This document shows, piece after piece, positions 24,301-39,400 of a stretch of DNA of 64,000 bases. The stretch comes from Eledone cirrhosa. Its lineage: Eukaryota. Position numbers and translations under genes: made by a program. The stretch covers positions 84,382,001-84,446,000 of the forward strand of contig OZ024745.1 of the NCBI GenBank assembly GCA_964016885.1. The letters are read 5' to 3'. A model generated the notes under the pieces. That model worked only from the letters and a program-made list of their open reading frames with translations. It had not been told where the DNA came from and made no database searches. Within the stretch, counting starts at the first letter, position 1; the number at the start of each line of letters is the position of its first letter.

Positions 24301-27300
24301 ATGTATATATATATACATACCAATGTGCGTCTGTATACATATATGTATGTACGTATAAATAATTATATTTAAGTAACAGCCGTACTAAGAGTGGGAAATG
24401 AAATTTCGTTTCATTTTTCTGTTTATCGTTTTCAGTGCACCCGGCCGATTAACCCATTCGATATGCAAATTGGACTACTCAGCCGTTAATATGCATAAGG
24501 AAAGTATATACTTTCGGACGTTCAATCATCTGGCAGGAAAGTATAGCTTGTTGACGATAGCTAATAAGCTTGAAACTAGTACAGCGTTCCTTTGTCAGTG
24601 TTGAACAAACGAGCAACGGTGGTTTGCTAGACACTACAGCTTAATACGTGATATTTGTTTACAAACACACCGAGCTTTATAATAAATGTTCGGTGAATCC
24701 ATACGTACATATATATATTTGTGTGCATTTATGTATATATACATACATACTACTGTACGTCTGTATACATATATGTATGTACGTATACATTATTATATTT
24801 AAGTAACAGCCGTACTAAGAGTGGGAAATGAAATTTAGTTTAATTTTTTCAGTTTATCGTTTTCGGTGAACCCGGCCGATTAACCCACTCGATATGCAAA
24901 TTAGGCTACTCAACCGTTAATATGCATAAGGAAACTATATACTTTCGGACGTTCAATCATCTGCCAGGAAGGTATACGTTGCTGACAATAGGTATTAAGC
25001 TTGAAACTCGTACAGCGTTCCTTTGTCAGTTTTGAACAAACGAGCAACGGTGGTTGCTAGACACTACGGCTTAATACGGGATGTTTGTTTAAAAACACAC
25101 AGAGAATTATAATAAATGTTCGGTGAATCCATACGTACACATATATATGTGTGCATGTATGTATATATATATACATACTACTGTGCGTCTGTATACATAT
25201 ATGTATGTACGTATACATACTTATATTTAAGTAACAGCCGTACTAAGAGTGGGAAATGAAATTTCGTTTCTTTTTTCCGTTTATCGTTTTCGGTGCACTC
25301 GGTCGATTAACCCACTTGATATGCAAATTAGGCTACTCAACCGTTAATATGCATAAGGAACTATATGCTTTCGGACGTTCAATCATCTGGCAGGATGGTA
25401 TACGTTGCAGACGATAGCTAATAAGCTTGAAACTAGTACAGCGTTCCTTTGTCAGTGTTGAACAAACGAGCAACGGTGGTTTGTTAGACACTACAGCGTA
25501 ATACGGGATGTTTGTTTACAAACACACCGAGCTTTATAATAAATGTTCGGTGAATCCATACGTACATATATATATATGTGTGCATTTATGTATATATACA
25601 TACATACTACTGTACGTCTGTATACATATATGTATGTACGTATACATACTTATATTTAAGTAACAGCCGTACTAAGAGTGGGAAATGAAATTTCGTTTCT
25701 TTTTTAGTTTATCGTTTTCGGTGCACGCGGTCGATTAACCCACTTGATATGCAAATTGGGTTACTCAGCCGTTAATATGCATAAGGAAAGTATATACATT
25801 CGGACGTTCAATCATCTGGCAGGAAGGTATAGCTTGTTGACGATAGCTAATATGCTTGAAATTAGTACAGCGTTCCTTTGTCAGTGTTGAACAAACGAGC
25901 AACGGTGGTTTGCTAGACACTACAGCTTAATACGTGATGTTTGTTTACAAACACACCGAGCTTTATAATAAATGTTCGGTGAATCCATACGTACATATAT
26001 ATATATGTGTGCATTTATGTATATATACATACATACTACTGTACGTCTGTATACATATATGTATGTACGTATATATAATTATATTTAAGTAACAGCCGTA
26101 CTAAGATTGGGAAATGAAATTTAGTTTAATTTTTTCAGTTTATCGTTTTCGGTGAACCCGGCCGATTAACCCACTCGATATGCAAATTAGGCTACTCAAC
26201 CGTTAATATGCATAAGGAAACTATATACTTTCGGACGTTCAATCATCTGCCAGGAAGGTATACGTTGCTGACGATAGGTATTAAGCTTGAAACTAGTACA
26301 GCGTTCCTTTGTCAGTGTTGAACAAACGAGCAACGGTGGTTGCTAGACACTACGGCTTAATACGGGATGTTTGTTTAAAAACACACAGAGAATTATAATA
26401 AATGTTCGGTGAATCCAAACGTACACATATATATGTGTGCATGTATGTATATATATATACATACTACTGTGCGTCTGTATACATATATGTATGTACGTAT
26501 ACATACTTATATTTAAGTAACAGCCGTACTAAGAGTGGGAAATGAAATTTCGTTTCTTTTTTCCGTTTATCGTTTTCGGTGCACTCGGTCGATTAACCCA
26601 CTTGATATGCAAATTAGGCTACTCAACCGTTAATATGCATAAGGAACTATATGCTTTCGGACGTTCAATCATCTGGCAGGATGGTATACGTTGCTGACGA
26701 TAGCTAATAAGCTTGAAACTAGTACAGCGTTCCTTTGTCAGTGTTGAACAAACGAGCAACGGTGGTTGCTAGACACTAGGGCTTAATACGGGATGTTTCT
26801 TTACAAACACACCGTGCATTATAATAAATGCTTGGTGAATCCATACGTACATATATATATGTGTGCATGTATGTATATATATATACATACTACTGTACGT
26901 CTGTATACATATATGTTTGTATCTATACATACTTATATTTAAGTAGCAGCCGTACTAAGCGTGGGAAATGAAATTTCGTTTCTTTTTTCCGTTTATCGTT
27001 TTCGGTGCACTCGGTCGATTAACCCACTTGATATGCAAATTAGGCTACTCAACCGTTAATATGCATAGGGAAAGTATATACTTTCGGACGTTCAATCATC
27101 TGGCAGGAAGGTATAGGTTGCTGACGATAGCTAATAAGCTAGAAACTAGTACAGCCTTCCTTTGTCAGTGTTGAACAAACGAGCAACGGTGGTTTGCTAG
27201 ACACTACGGCGTAATACGGGATGTCTGTTTACAAACACATTGAGAATTATAATAAATGTTCGGTCAATCCATACGTACATATATATATATATGTGCATGT

Positions 27301-30300
27301 ATGTATATATATATACATACTACTGTACGTCTATATACATATATGTATGTACGTATACATACTTATATTTAGGTAACATCCGTAATAAGAGTGGGAAATG
27401 AAATTTCGTTTCATTTTTCCGTTTATCGTTTTCGGTACACCCGCCGATTAACCCACTCGATATGCAAATTGGGCTACTCTGCCGTTAATATGCATAAGGA
27501 AAGTATATACTTTCGGACGTTCAATCATCTGGCAGGATGGTATATGTTGCTGACGATAGCTAATAAGCTAGAAACTAGTACAGCGTTCCTTTGTCAGTGT
27601 TGAACAAACGAGCAACGGTGGTTGCTAGACACTGCAGCTTAATACGGGATGTTTGTTTACAAACACACCGAGCATTATAATAAATGTTCGGTCAATCCAT
27701 ACGTACATATATATATATGTGTGCATGTATGTATATATATATACATACTACTGTACGTCTGTATACATATATGTATGTACGTATACATACTTAAATTTAA
27801 GTAACAGCCGTACAAAGAATAGGAAATGAAATTTCATTTCATTTTTCCGTTCATCGTTCTCGGCACACCCGCCGATTAACCCATTCGATATGCAAACTTG
27901 GCTAACCTGCCGTTAATACTCATAAGGAAAGTATATACTTTCGGACGTTCAATCATCTGGCAGGATGGTATACGTTGCTGACGATAGCTAATAAGCTTGA
28001 AACTAGTACAGCGTTCCTTTGTCAGTGTTGAACAAACGAGCAACGGTGGTTGCTAGATACTCTCGGCTTAATACGGGATGTCTGTTTACAAACACAGCGA
28101 GCATGATAATAAATGTTCGGTCAATCCATACGTACATATATATATATGTGTGCATGTATGTATATATATATATACATCCTATTGTACGTCTGTATACATA
28201 TATGTATGTACGTATACATACTTATATTTAAGTAACAGCCGTACAAAGAATGGGAAATGAAATTTCGTTTCATTTATCCGTTTAGCGTTTTCAGTACACC
28301 CGCCGATTAACCCACTCGATATGCAAATTGGGCTACTCTGCCGTTAATATGCATAAGGAAAGTATATACTTTCGGACGTTCAATCATCTGGCAGGATGGT
28401 ATATGTTGCTGACGATAGCTAATAAGCTAGAAACTAGTACAGCGTTCCTTTGTCAGTGTTGAACAAACGAGCAACGGTGGTTGCTAGACACTGCAGCTTA
28501 ATACGGGATGTTTGTTTACAAACACAGCGAGCATTATAATAAATGTTCGGTCAATCCATACGTACATATATATATATGTGTGCATGTATGTATATATATA
28601 TACATACTACTGTACGTCTGTATACATATATGTATGTACGTATACATACTTATATTTAAGTAACAGCCGTACAAAGATTGGGAAATGAAATTTCGTTTCA
28701 TTTTTCTGTTCATCGTTTTCGGTGCACTCGGTAGATTAATCAATTGATATGCAAATTGGGTTACTCAGCCGTTAATATGCAGAAGGAAACTATATACTTT
28801 CGGACGTTCAATCATCTGGCAGGAAGGTATAGGTTGCTGACGATAGCTAATAAGCTTGAAACTAGTACAGCGTTCCTTTGTCAGTGTTGAACAAACGAGC
28901 AACGGTGGTTTGCTAGATTCTACGGCTTAATACGGGATGTTTGTTTACAAACACACCGAGCTTTGTAATAAATGTTCGGTGAATCCATACGTACATTTAT
29001 ATTTATGTGCATGTCTGTATATATATATACATACTACTGTACGTCTGTATACATTTATGTATGTACGTATACATACTTATATTTAAGTAACAGCCGTACT
29101 AAGAGTGGGATATGAAATTTCGTTTCATTTTTCCGTTTATAGTTTTCGGTGCACTAGGTCGATTAACCCACTTGATATGCAAATTGGGCTAGTCAGCCGT
29201 TAATATGCATAAGGAAAGTATATACTTTCGGACGTTCAATCATCTGGCAGGAAAGTATAGCTTGTTGACGATAGCTAATAAGCTTGAAACTAGTACAGCG
29301 TTCCTTTGTCAGTGTTGAACAAACGAGCAACGGTGGTTTGCTAGACACTACAGCTTAATACGTGATATTTGTTTACAAACACACCGAGCTTTATAATAAA
29401 TGTTCGGTGAATCCATACGTACATATATATATTTGTGTGCATTTATGTATATATACATACATACTACTGTACGTCTGTATACATATATGTATGTACGTAT
29501 ACATAATTATATTTAAGTAACAGCCGTACTAAGAGTGGGAAATGAAATTTAGTTTAATTTTTTCAGTTTATCGTTTTCGGTGAACCCGGCCGATTAACCC
29601 ACTCGATATGCAAATTAGGCTACTCAACCGTTAATATGCATAAGGAAACTATATACTTTCGGACGTTCAATCATCTGCCAGGAAGGTATACGTTGCTGAC
29701 AATAGGTATTAAGCTTGAAACTCGTACAGCGTTCCTTTGTCAGTTTTGAACAAACGAGCAACGGTGGTTGCTAGACACTACGGCTTAATACGGGATGTTT
29801 GTTTAAAAACACACAGAGAATTATAATAAATGTTCGGTGAATCCATACGTACACATATATATGTGTGCATGTATGTATATATATATACATACTACTGTGC
29901 GTCTGTATACATATATGTATGTACGTATACATACTTATATTTAAGTAACAGCCGTACTAAGAGTGGGAAATGAAATTTCGTTTCTTTTTTCCGTTTATCG
30001 TTTTCGGTGCACTCGGTCGATTAACCCACTTGATATGCAAATTAGGCTACTCAACCGTTAATATGCATAAGGAACTATATGCTTTCGGACGTTCAATCAT
30101 CTGGCAGGATGGTATACGTTGCTGACGATAGCTAATAAGCTTGAAACTAGTACAGCGTTCCTTTGTCAGTGTTGAACAAACGAGCAACGGTGGTTTGTTA
30201 GACACTACAGCGTAATACGGGATGTTTGTTTACAAACACACCGAGCTTTATAATAAATGTTCGGTGAATCCATACGTACATATATATATATGTGTGCATT

Positions 30301-30400
30301 TATGTATATATACATACATACTACTGTACGTCTGTATACATATATGTATGTACGTATACATACTTATATTTAAGTAACAGCCGTACTAAGAGTGGGAAAT
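15360..30400 (+). repeat. 12-monomer higher-order repeat, period 5143 bp, ~2.8 copies
   Basis: Identical ORF-track variants at 16682/21825/26968, 17733/22876/28019 and 19255/24398. Confidence 0.92.
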
Positions 30401-33400
30401 GAAATTTCGTTTCTTTTTTCCGTTTATCGTTTTCGGTGCACTCGGTCGATTAACCCACTTGATATGCAAATTAGGCTACTCAACCGTTAATATGCATAGG
30501 GAAAGTATATACTTTCGGACGTTCAATCATCTGGCAGGAAGGTATAGGTTGCTGACGATAGCTAATAAGCTAGAAACTAGTACAGCCTTACTTTGTCAGT
30601 GTTGAACAAACGAGCAACGGTGGTTTGCTAGACACTACAGCTTAATACGGGATGTTTGTTTACAAACACACCGAGAATTATAATAAATATTCGGTGAATC
30701 CATACGTACATATATATATATGTGTGCATGTATGTATATATATATACATACTAATGTTGGTTTGTATACATATATGTATGTACGTAAACATACTTATATT
30801 TAAGTAACAGCCGTACAAAGAGTGGGAAATGAAATTTCGTTACATTTTTCCGTTTATCGTTTTCAGTGCACCCGGCCGATTAACCCACTCGATATGCAAA
30901 TTGGGCTACTCTGCCGTTAATATGCATAAGGAAAGTATATACTTTCGGACGTTCAATTATCTGGCAGGAAGGTATACGTTGCTGAAGATAGCTAATAAGC
31001 TTGAAACTAGTACAGCGTTCCTTTGTCAGTGTTGAACATACGAGCAACGGTGGTTGCTAGACACTACGGCGTAATACGGGATGTCTGTTTACAAACACAC
31101 CGAGAATTACAATAAATGTTCGGTCAATCCATACGTACATATATATATATGTGTGCATGTATGTATATATATATACATACTACTGTACGTCTATATACAT
31201 ATATGTATGTACGTATACATACTTATATTTAGGTAACATCCGTAATAAGAGTGGGAAATGAAATTTCGTTTCATTTTTCCGTTTATAGTTTTCGGTACAC
31301 CCGCCGATTAACCCACTCGATATGCAAATTGGGCTACTCTGCCGTTAGTATGCATAAGGAAACTATATACTTTCGGACGTTCAATCATCTGGCAGGATGG
31401 TATATGTTGCTGACGATAGCTAATAAGCTAGAAACTAGTACAGCGTTCCTTTGTCAGTGTTGAACAAACGAGCAACGGTGGTTGCTAGACACTGCAGCTT
31501 AATACGGGATGTTTGTTTACAAACACACCGAGCATTATAATAAATGTTCGGTCAATACATACGTACATATATATATATGTGTGCATGTATGTATATATAT
31601 ATACATACTACTGTACGTCTGTATACATATATGTATGTACGTATACATACTTATATTTAAGTAACAGCCGTACTAAGAGTGGGAAATGAAATTTCGTTTC
31701 TTTTTTCCGTTTATCGTTTTCGGTGCACTCGGTCGATTAACCCACTTGATATGCAAATTAGGCTACTCAGCCGTTAATATGCACAGGGAAAGTATATACT
31801 TTCGGACGTTCAATCATCTGGCAGGAAGGTATAGGTTGCTGACGATAGCTAATAAGCTAGAAACTAGTACAGCGTTCCTTTGTCAGTGTTGAACAAACGA
31901 GCAACGGTGGTTTGCTAGACACTACAGCTTAATACGGGCTGTTTGTTTACAAACACACCGAGAATTATAATAAATATTCGGTGAATCCATACGTACATAT
32001 ATATATATGTGTGCTTGTATGTATATATATATACATACTAATGTTGGTTTGTATACATATATGTATGTACGTAAACATACTTATATTTAAGTAACAGCCG
32101 TACAAAGAGTGGGAAATGAAATTTCGTTACATTTTTCCGTTTATCGTTTTCAGTGCACCCGGCCGATTAACCCACTCGATATGCAAATTGGGCTACTCTG
32201 CCGTTAATATGCATAAGGAAAGTATATACTTTCGGACGTTCAATTATCTGTCAGGAAGGTATACGTTGCTGACGATAGGTAATAAGCTTGAAACTAGAAC
32301 AGCGTTCCTTTGTCAGTGTTGAACATACGAGCAACGGTGGTTGCTAGACACTACGGCGTAATACGGGATGTCTGTTTACAAACACACCGAGAATTATAAT
32401 AAATGTTCGGTCAATCCATACGTACATATATATATATGTGTGCATGTATGTATATATATATACATACTACTGTACGTCTATATACATATATGTATGTACG
32501 TATACATACTTATATTTAGGTAACATCCGTAATAAGAGTGGGAAATGAAATTTCGTTTCATTTTTCCGTTTATCGTTTTCGGTACACCCGCCGATTAACC
32601 CAATCGATATGCAAATTGGGCTACTCTGCCGTTAGTATGCATAAGGAAACTATATACTTTCGGACGTTCAATCATCTGGCAGAATGGTATATGTTGCTGA
32701 CGATAGCTAATAAGCTAGAAACTAGTACAGCGTTCCTTTGTCAGTGTTGAACAAACGAACAACGGTGGTTGCTAGACACTGCAGCTTAATACGGGATGTT
32801 TGTTTACAAACACACCGAGCATTATAATAAATGTTCGGTCAATCCATACGTACATATATATATATGTGTGCATGTATGTATATATATATATACATACTAC
32901 TGTACGTCTGTATACATATATGTATGTACGTATACATACTTATATTTAAGTAACAGTCGTAAAAAGAATAGGAATTGAAACTTCATTTCATTTTTCCGTT
33001 TATCATTTTCGACACACCCGCCGATTAACCCACTCGATATGCAAATTGGGCTACTCTGCCGTTAATACTCATAAGGAAAGTATATAATTTCGGACGTTCA
33101 ATCATCTGGCAGGATGGTATACGTTGCTGACGATAGCTAATAAGCTTAAAACTAGTACAGAGTTCCTTTGTCAGTGTTGAACAAACGAGCCACGGTGGTT
33201 GGTAGACACTGCGGCTTAATACGGGATGTTTATTTACAAACACAGCGAGCATTATAATAAATGTTTAGTCAATCCATACGTACATACATATATATGTGTG
33301 CATGTATGTATATATATATACATACTACTGTACGTCTGTATAGATATATGTATGTACGTATACATACTTAAATTTAAGTAACAGCCGTACAAAGAATAGG

Positions 33401-36400
33401 AAATGAAATTTCATTTCATTTTTCCGTTCATCGTTTTCGGCACACCCGCCGATTAACCCATTCGATATGCAAACTTGGCTACCCTGCCGTTAATACTCAT
33501 AAGGAAAGTATATACTTTCGGACGTTCAATCATCTGGCAGGATGGTATACGTTGCTGACGATAGCTAATAAGCTTGAAACTAGTACAGCGTTTCTTTGTC
33601 AGTGTTGAACAAACGAGCAACGGTGGTTGCTAGATACTCTCGGCTTAATACGGGATGTTTGTTTACAAACACAGCGAGCATGATAATAAATGTTCGGTCA
33701 ATCCATACGTACATATATATATATGTGTGCATGTATGTATATATATATACATCCTATTGTACGTCTGTATACATATATGTATGTACGTATACATACTTAT
33801 AATTAAGTAACAGCCGTACAAAGAATGGGAAATGAAATTTCGTTTCATTTATCCGTTTATCGTTGTCGGTACACCCGCCGATTAACCCACTCGATATGCA
33901 AATTGGGCTACTCTGCCGTTAATATGCATAATGAAAGTATATACTTTCGGACGTTCAATCATCTGGCAGGATGGTATATGTTGCTGACGATAGCTAATAA
34001 GCTAGAAACTAGTACAGCGTTCCTTTGTCAGTGTTGAACAAACGAGCAACGGTGGTTGCTAGACACTGCAGCTTAATACGGGATGTTTGTTTACAAACAC
34101 AGCGAGCATTATAATAAATGTTCGGTCATTCCATACGTACATATATATATATGTGCATGTATGTATATATATATACATACTTCTGTGCGTCTGTATACAT
34201 ATATGTATGTACGTATACATACTTATATTTAAGTAACAGCCGTACAAAGAACGAGAAATGAAATTTCGTTTCATTTATCCGTTTATCGTTTTTGGTGCAC
34301 TCGGTAGATTAACCCACATGATATGGAAATTGGGTTACTCAGCCGTTAATATGCATAAGGAAACTATATAATTTCGGATTCAATCATCTGGCAGGATGGT
34401 ATACGTTGCTGACGATAGCTAATAAGCTTGAAACTAGTACAGCGTTCCTTTGTCAGTGTTGAACAAATGAGCAACGGTGGTGCTAGACACTGCGGCTTAA
34501 TACGGGATATTTGTGAACAAACACAGCGACCATTATAATAAATGTTCGGTAAATCCATACGTACATATATATATATATGTGCATGTATGTATATATATAT
34601 ATACATACTACTGTACGTTTGTATACATATATGTATGTACGTATACATACTTATATTTAAATAACAGCCGTATAAAGAATGGGAAATGAAATTTCGTTTC
34701 ATTTTTTCCGTTTATCGTTTTCGGTGCACCCGGCCGATTAGCCCACTCGATATGCAAACTGGGCTACTCTGCCGTTAATATGCATAATGAAAATATATAC
34801 TTTCGGACGTTCAATCATCTGGCAGGATGGTATACGTTGCTGACGATAGCTAATAAGCTTGAAACAAGTACAGCGTTCCTTTGTCAGTGTTGAACATACG
34901 AGCAACGGTGGTTGCTAGACACTACAGCGTAATACAGGATGTCTGTTTACAAACACACCGAGAATTATAATAAATGTTCGGTGAATCCATACGTACATAT
35001 ATATATGTGTGCATGTATGTATATATATATATACATACTTCTGTGCGTCTGTATACATATATGTATGTACGTATATTTAGGTAACATCCGTAATAAGAGT
35101 GGGAAATGAAATTTCGTTTCATTTTTCCGTTTATCGTTTTCGGTACACCCGCCAAATTAACTCACTCGATATACAAATTGGGCTACTCTGCCGTTAATAT
35201 GCATAAGGAAAGTATATACTTTCGGACGTTCAATCATCTGGCAGGATCGTATATGTTGCTGACGATAGGTAATAAGCTAGAAACTAGTACTGCGTTCCTT
35301 TGTCAGTGTTGAACAAACGAGCAACGGTGGTTGCAAGACACTGCAGCTTAATACGGGATGTTTGTTTACAAACACAGCGAGCATTATAATAAATATTCGG
35401 TCAATCCATACGTACATATATATATATGTGTGCATGTATGTATATATATATACATGCTACTGTACGTCTGTATACATATATGTATGTACGTATACATACT
35501 TATATTTAAGTAACAGCCGTACAAAGATTGGGAAATGAAATTTCGTTTCATTTTTCTGTTCATCGTTTTCGGTGCACTCGGTAGATTAATGAATTGATAT
35601 GCAAATTGGGTTACTCAGCCGTTAATATGCAGAAGGAAACTATATACTTTCGGACGTTCAATCATCTGGCAGGAAGGTATAGGTTGCTGACGATAGCTAA
35701 TAAGCTTGAAACTAGTACAGCGTTCCTTTGTCAGTGTTGAACAAACGAGCAACGGTGGTTTGCTAGATTGTACGGCTTAATACGGGATGTTTGTTTACAA
35801 ACACACCGAGCTTTATAATAAATGTTCGGTGAATCCATACGTACATTTATATTTATGTGCATGTCTGTATATATATATACATACTACTGTACGTCTGTAT
35901 ACATATATGTATGTACGTATACATACTTATATTTAAGTAACAGCCGTACTAAGAGTGGGATATGAAATTTCGTTTCATTTTTCCGTTTACAGTTTTCGGT
36001 GCACTAGGTCGATTAACCCACTTGATATGCAAATTGGGCTAGTCAGCCGTTAATATGCATAAGGACAGTATATACTTTCGGACGTTCAATCATCTGGCAG
36101 GATGGTATACGTTGCTGACGATAGCTAATAAGCTTGAAATTAGTACCGCGTTCCTTTGTCAGTGTTGAACAAACGAGCAACGGTGGTTGTTAGACACTGC
36201 GGCTTAATACGGGATGTTTGTTTACAAACACAGCGAGCATTATAATAAATGTTCGGTCAATCCATACGTACATATATATATATATGTGTGCATGTATGTA
36301 TATATATATACATACTACTGTACCTCTGTATACATATATGTATGTACGTATACATACTTATATTTAAGTAACAGCCGTACTAAGAGTGGGAAATGGAATT

Positions 36401-39400
36401 TCGTTTCATTTGTCCGTTTATCGTTTTCGGTGCACTCGATCTATTAACCCACTTGATATGCAAATTGAGCTACTCAGCCGTTAATATGCATAAGGAAAGT
36501 ATATACTTTCGGACGTTCAATCATCTGGCAGGATGGTATACTTTGCTGACGATAGCTAATAAGCTTGAAACTAGTACAGCGTTCCTTTGTCAGTGTTGAA
36601 CAAACGAGCAACGGTGGTTGCTAGACACTACGGCTTAATCCGGGATGTTTGTTTACAAACACACCGAGAATTATAATAAATATTCGGTGAATCCATACGT
36701 ACATATATATATATGTGTGCATGTATGTATATATATATATACATACTAATGTTGGTTTGTATACATATATGTATGTACGTATACATACTTATATTTAAGT
36801 AACAGCCGTACTAAGAGTGGGAAATGAAATTTCGTTTCATTTTTTCCGTTTATCGTTTTCGGTGCACCCGGCCGATTAACCCACTCGATATGCAAATTGG
36901 GCTACTCCGCCGTTAATATGCATAAGGAAAGTATACACTTTCGGACGTTCAGTCATCTGGCAGGAAGGTATACGTTGCTGACGATAGCTAATAAGCTAGG
37001 AACTAGTACAACGTTCCTTTGTCAGTGTTGAACAAACGAGCAACGATGGTTTGCTAGAAACTACGGCTTAATACCGGATGTTTGTTTACAAACACACCGA
37101 TACTTATAATAAATGTTCGGTGAATCCATACGTACGTATATATATCTGTGCATGTATGTATGTATATATATACATACTACTATACGTCTGTATACATATA
37201 CGTATGTACGTATACGTACTTATATTTAAATAACAGCCGTACTAAGTGTGGGAAATGAAATTTCGCTCCATTTTTCCGTTTATCGTTTTCGGTGCACCCG
37301 GCCGATTAACCCACTCGATATGCAAATTGGGCTACTCAGCCGTTATTATGCAAAAGGAAAGTATATACTTTCGGACGTTCAATCATCTGGCATGAAGGTA
37401 TACGTTGCTGACGGTATCTAATAAGCTTGAAACTAGTACAGCGTTCCTTTGTCAGTGTTAAACAAACGAGCAACGGTGGTTACTAGACACTGCGGCTTAA
37501 TACGGGATGTTTGTTTACAAACACACCGAGCATTATAATAAACGTTCGGTGAATCCATACGTACATATATATATGTGTGCATGTATGTATATATATATAC
37601 ATACTAATGTTGGTTTGTATACATATATGTATGTACGTATACATACTTATATTTAAGTAAAAGCCGTACTAAGAGTGGGAAATGAAATTTTGTTTCATTT
37701 TTTCCGTTTATCGTTTTCGGTGCACCCGGCCGATTAACCCACTCGATATTCAAATTATTCTACTCCGCCGTTAATATGCATAAGGAAAGTATATACTTTC
37801 GGACGTTCAATCGTCTGTCAGGATGTTATACGTTGCTGACGATAGCTAATAAGCTTGAAACTAGTACAACGTTCCTTTGTCAGTGTTGAACAAACGAGCA
37901 ACGGTGGTTTGCTAGACACTACGGCTTAATACGGGATGTTTGTTTACAAACACAGCGAGCATTATAATAAATGTTCGGTGAATCCATACGTACATATATA
38001 TATATGTGTGCATGTATGTATATATATATACATACTACTGTACGTCTGTATACATATATGTATGTACGTATACATACTTATATTTAAGTAACAGCCGTAC
38101 TAAGAGTGGGATATGAAATTTCGTTTCATTTTCCGTTTATCGTTTTCGGTGCACTCGGTCGATTAACCCACTTGATATGCAAATTAGGCTACTCAACCGT
38201 TAATATGCATAAGGAAACTATATACTTTCGGACGTTCAATCATCTGGCAGGTAGGTATACGTTGCTGACGATAGCTAATAAGCTTGAAACTAGTACAACG
38301 TTCCTTTGTCAGTGTTGAACAAACGAGCAACGGTGGTTTGCTAGACACTACGGCTTAATACGGGATGTTTGTTTACAAACACACCGAGCATTATAATAAA
38401 TGTTCGGTGAATCAATACGTAATTATATATATGTGTGCATGTATGTATATATATATATACTTAGTACTATACGTCTGTATACATATATGTATGTACGTAT
38501 ACATACTTATATTTAAGTAACAGCCGTACTAAGAGAGGGAAATGAAACTTTGTTTCATATTTCCGTTTATCGTTTTCGGTGCACTCGGTCCATTAATCCA
38601 CTTGATATGCAAATTGGGCTACTCAGCCGTTAATATGCATAAGGACAGTATATACTTTCGGACGTTCAATCTTCTGGCAGGAAGGTATGCGTTGCTGACG
38701 ATAGCTAATAAGCTTGAAATTAGTACAGCGTTCCTTTGTCAGTGTTGAACAAACGAGTAACGGTGGTTGCTAACACTACGGCTTAATCCGGGATGCTTGT
38801 TTACAAAAACACCGAGAATTATAATAACTGCTCGGTGAATACATACGTACATATATATACGTGTGCATGTATGTATATATATATACATACTACTGTACGT
38901 CTGTATAAATTTATGTATGTACGTATACATACTTATATTTAAGTAACAGCCGTACTAAGAGTGGGATATGAAATTTCGTTTCATTTTTCCGTTGATCGTT
39001 TTCGGTGCACTCGGTCGATTAACCCACTTGATAAGCAAATTGGGCTCCTCTGCTGTTAATATGCATAAGGAAAGTATATACTTTCGGACGTTCAATTATC
39101 TGGCAGGAAGGTATACGTTGATGACGATAGCTAATAAGCTTGAAACTAGTACAGCGTTCCTTTGTCAGTGTTGAACAAACGAGCAACGGTGGTTTGTTAA
39201 ACACTACGGCTTAATACGGAAAGTTGGTTTACAAACATGCCGAGCATTATAATAAATGCTCGGTGAATCCATAGGTACATATATATATGTGTGCATGTAT
39301 GTATATATATATACATACTACTGTACGTCTGTATACATATATGTATGTACGTATACATACTTATATTTAAGTAAAAGCCGTACTAAGAGTGGGAAATGAA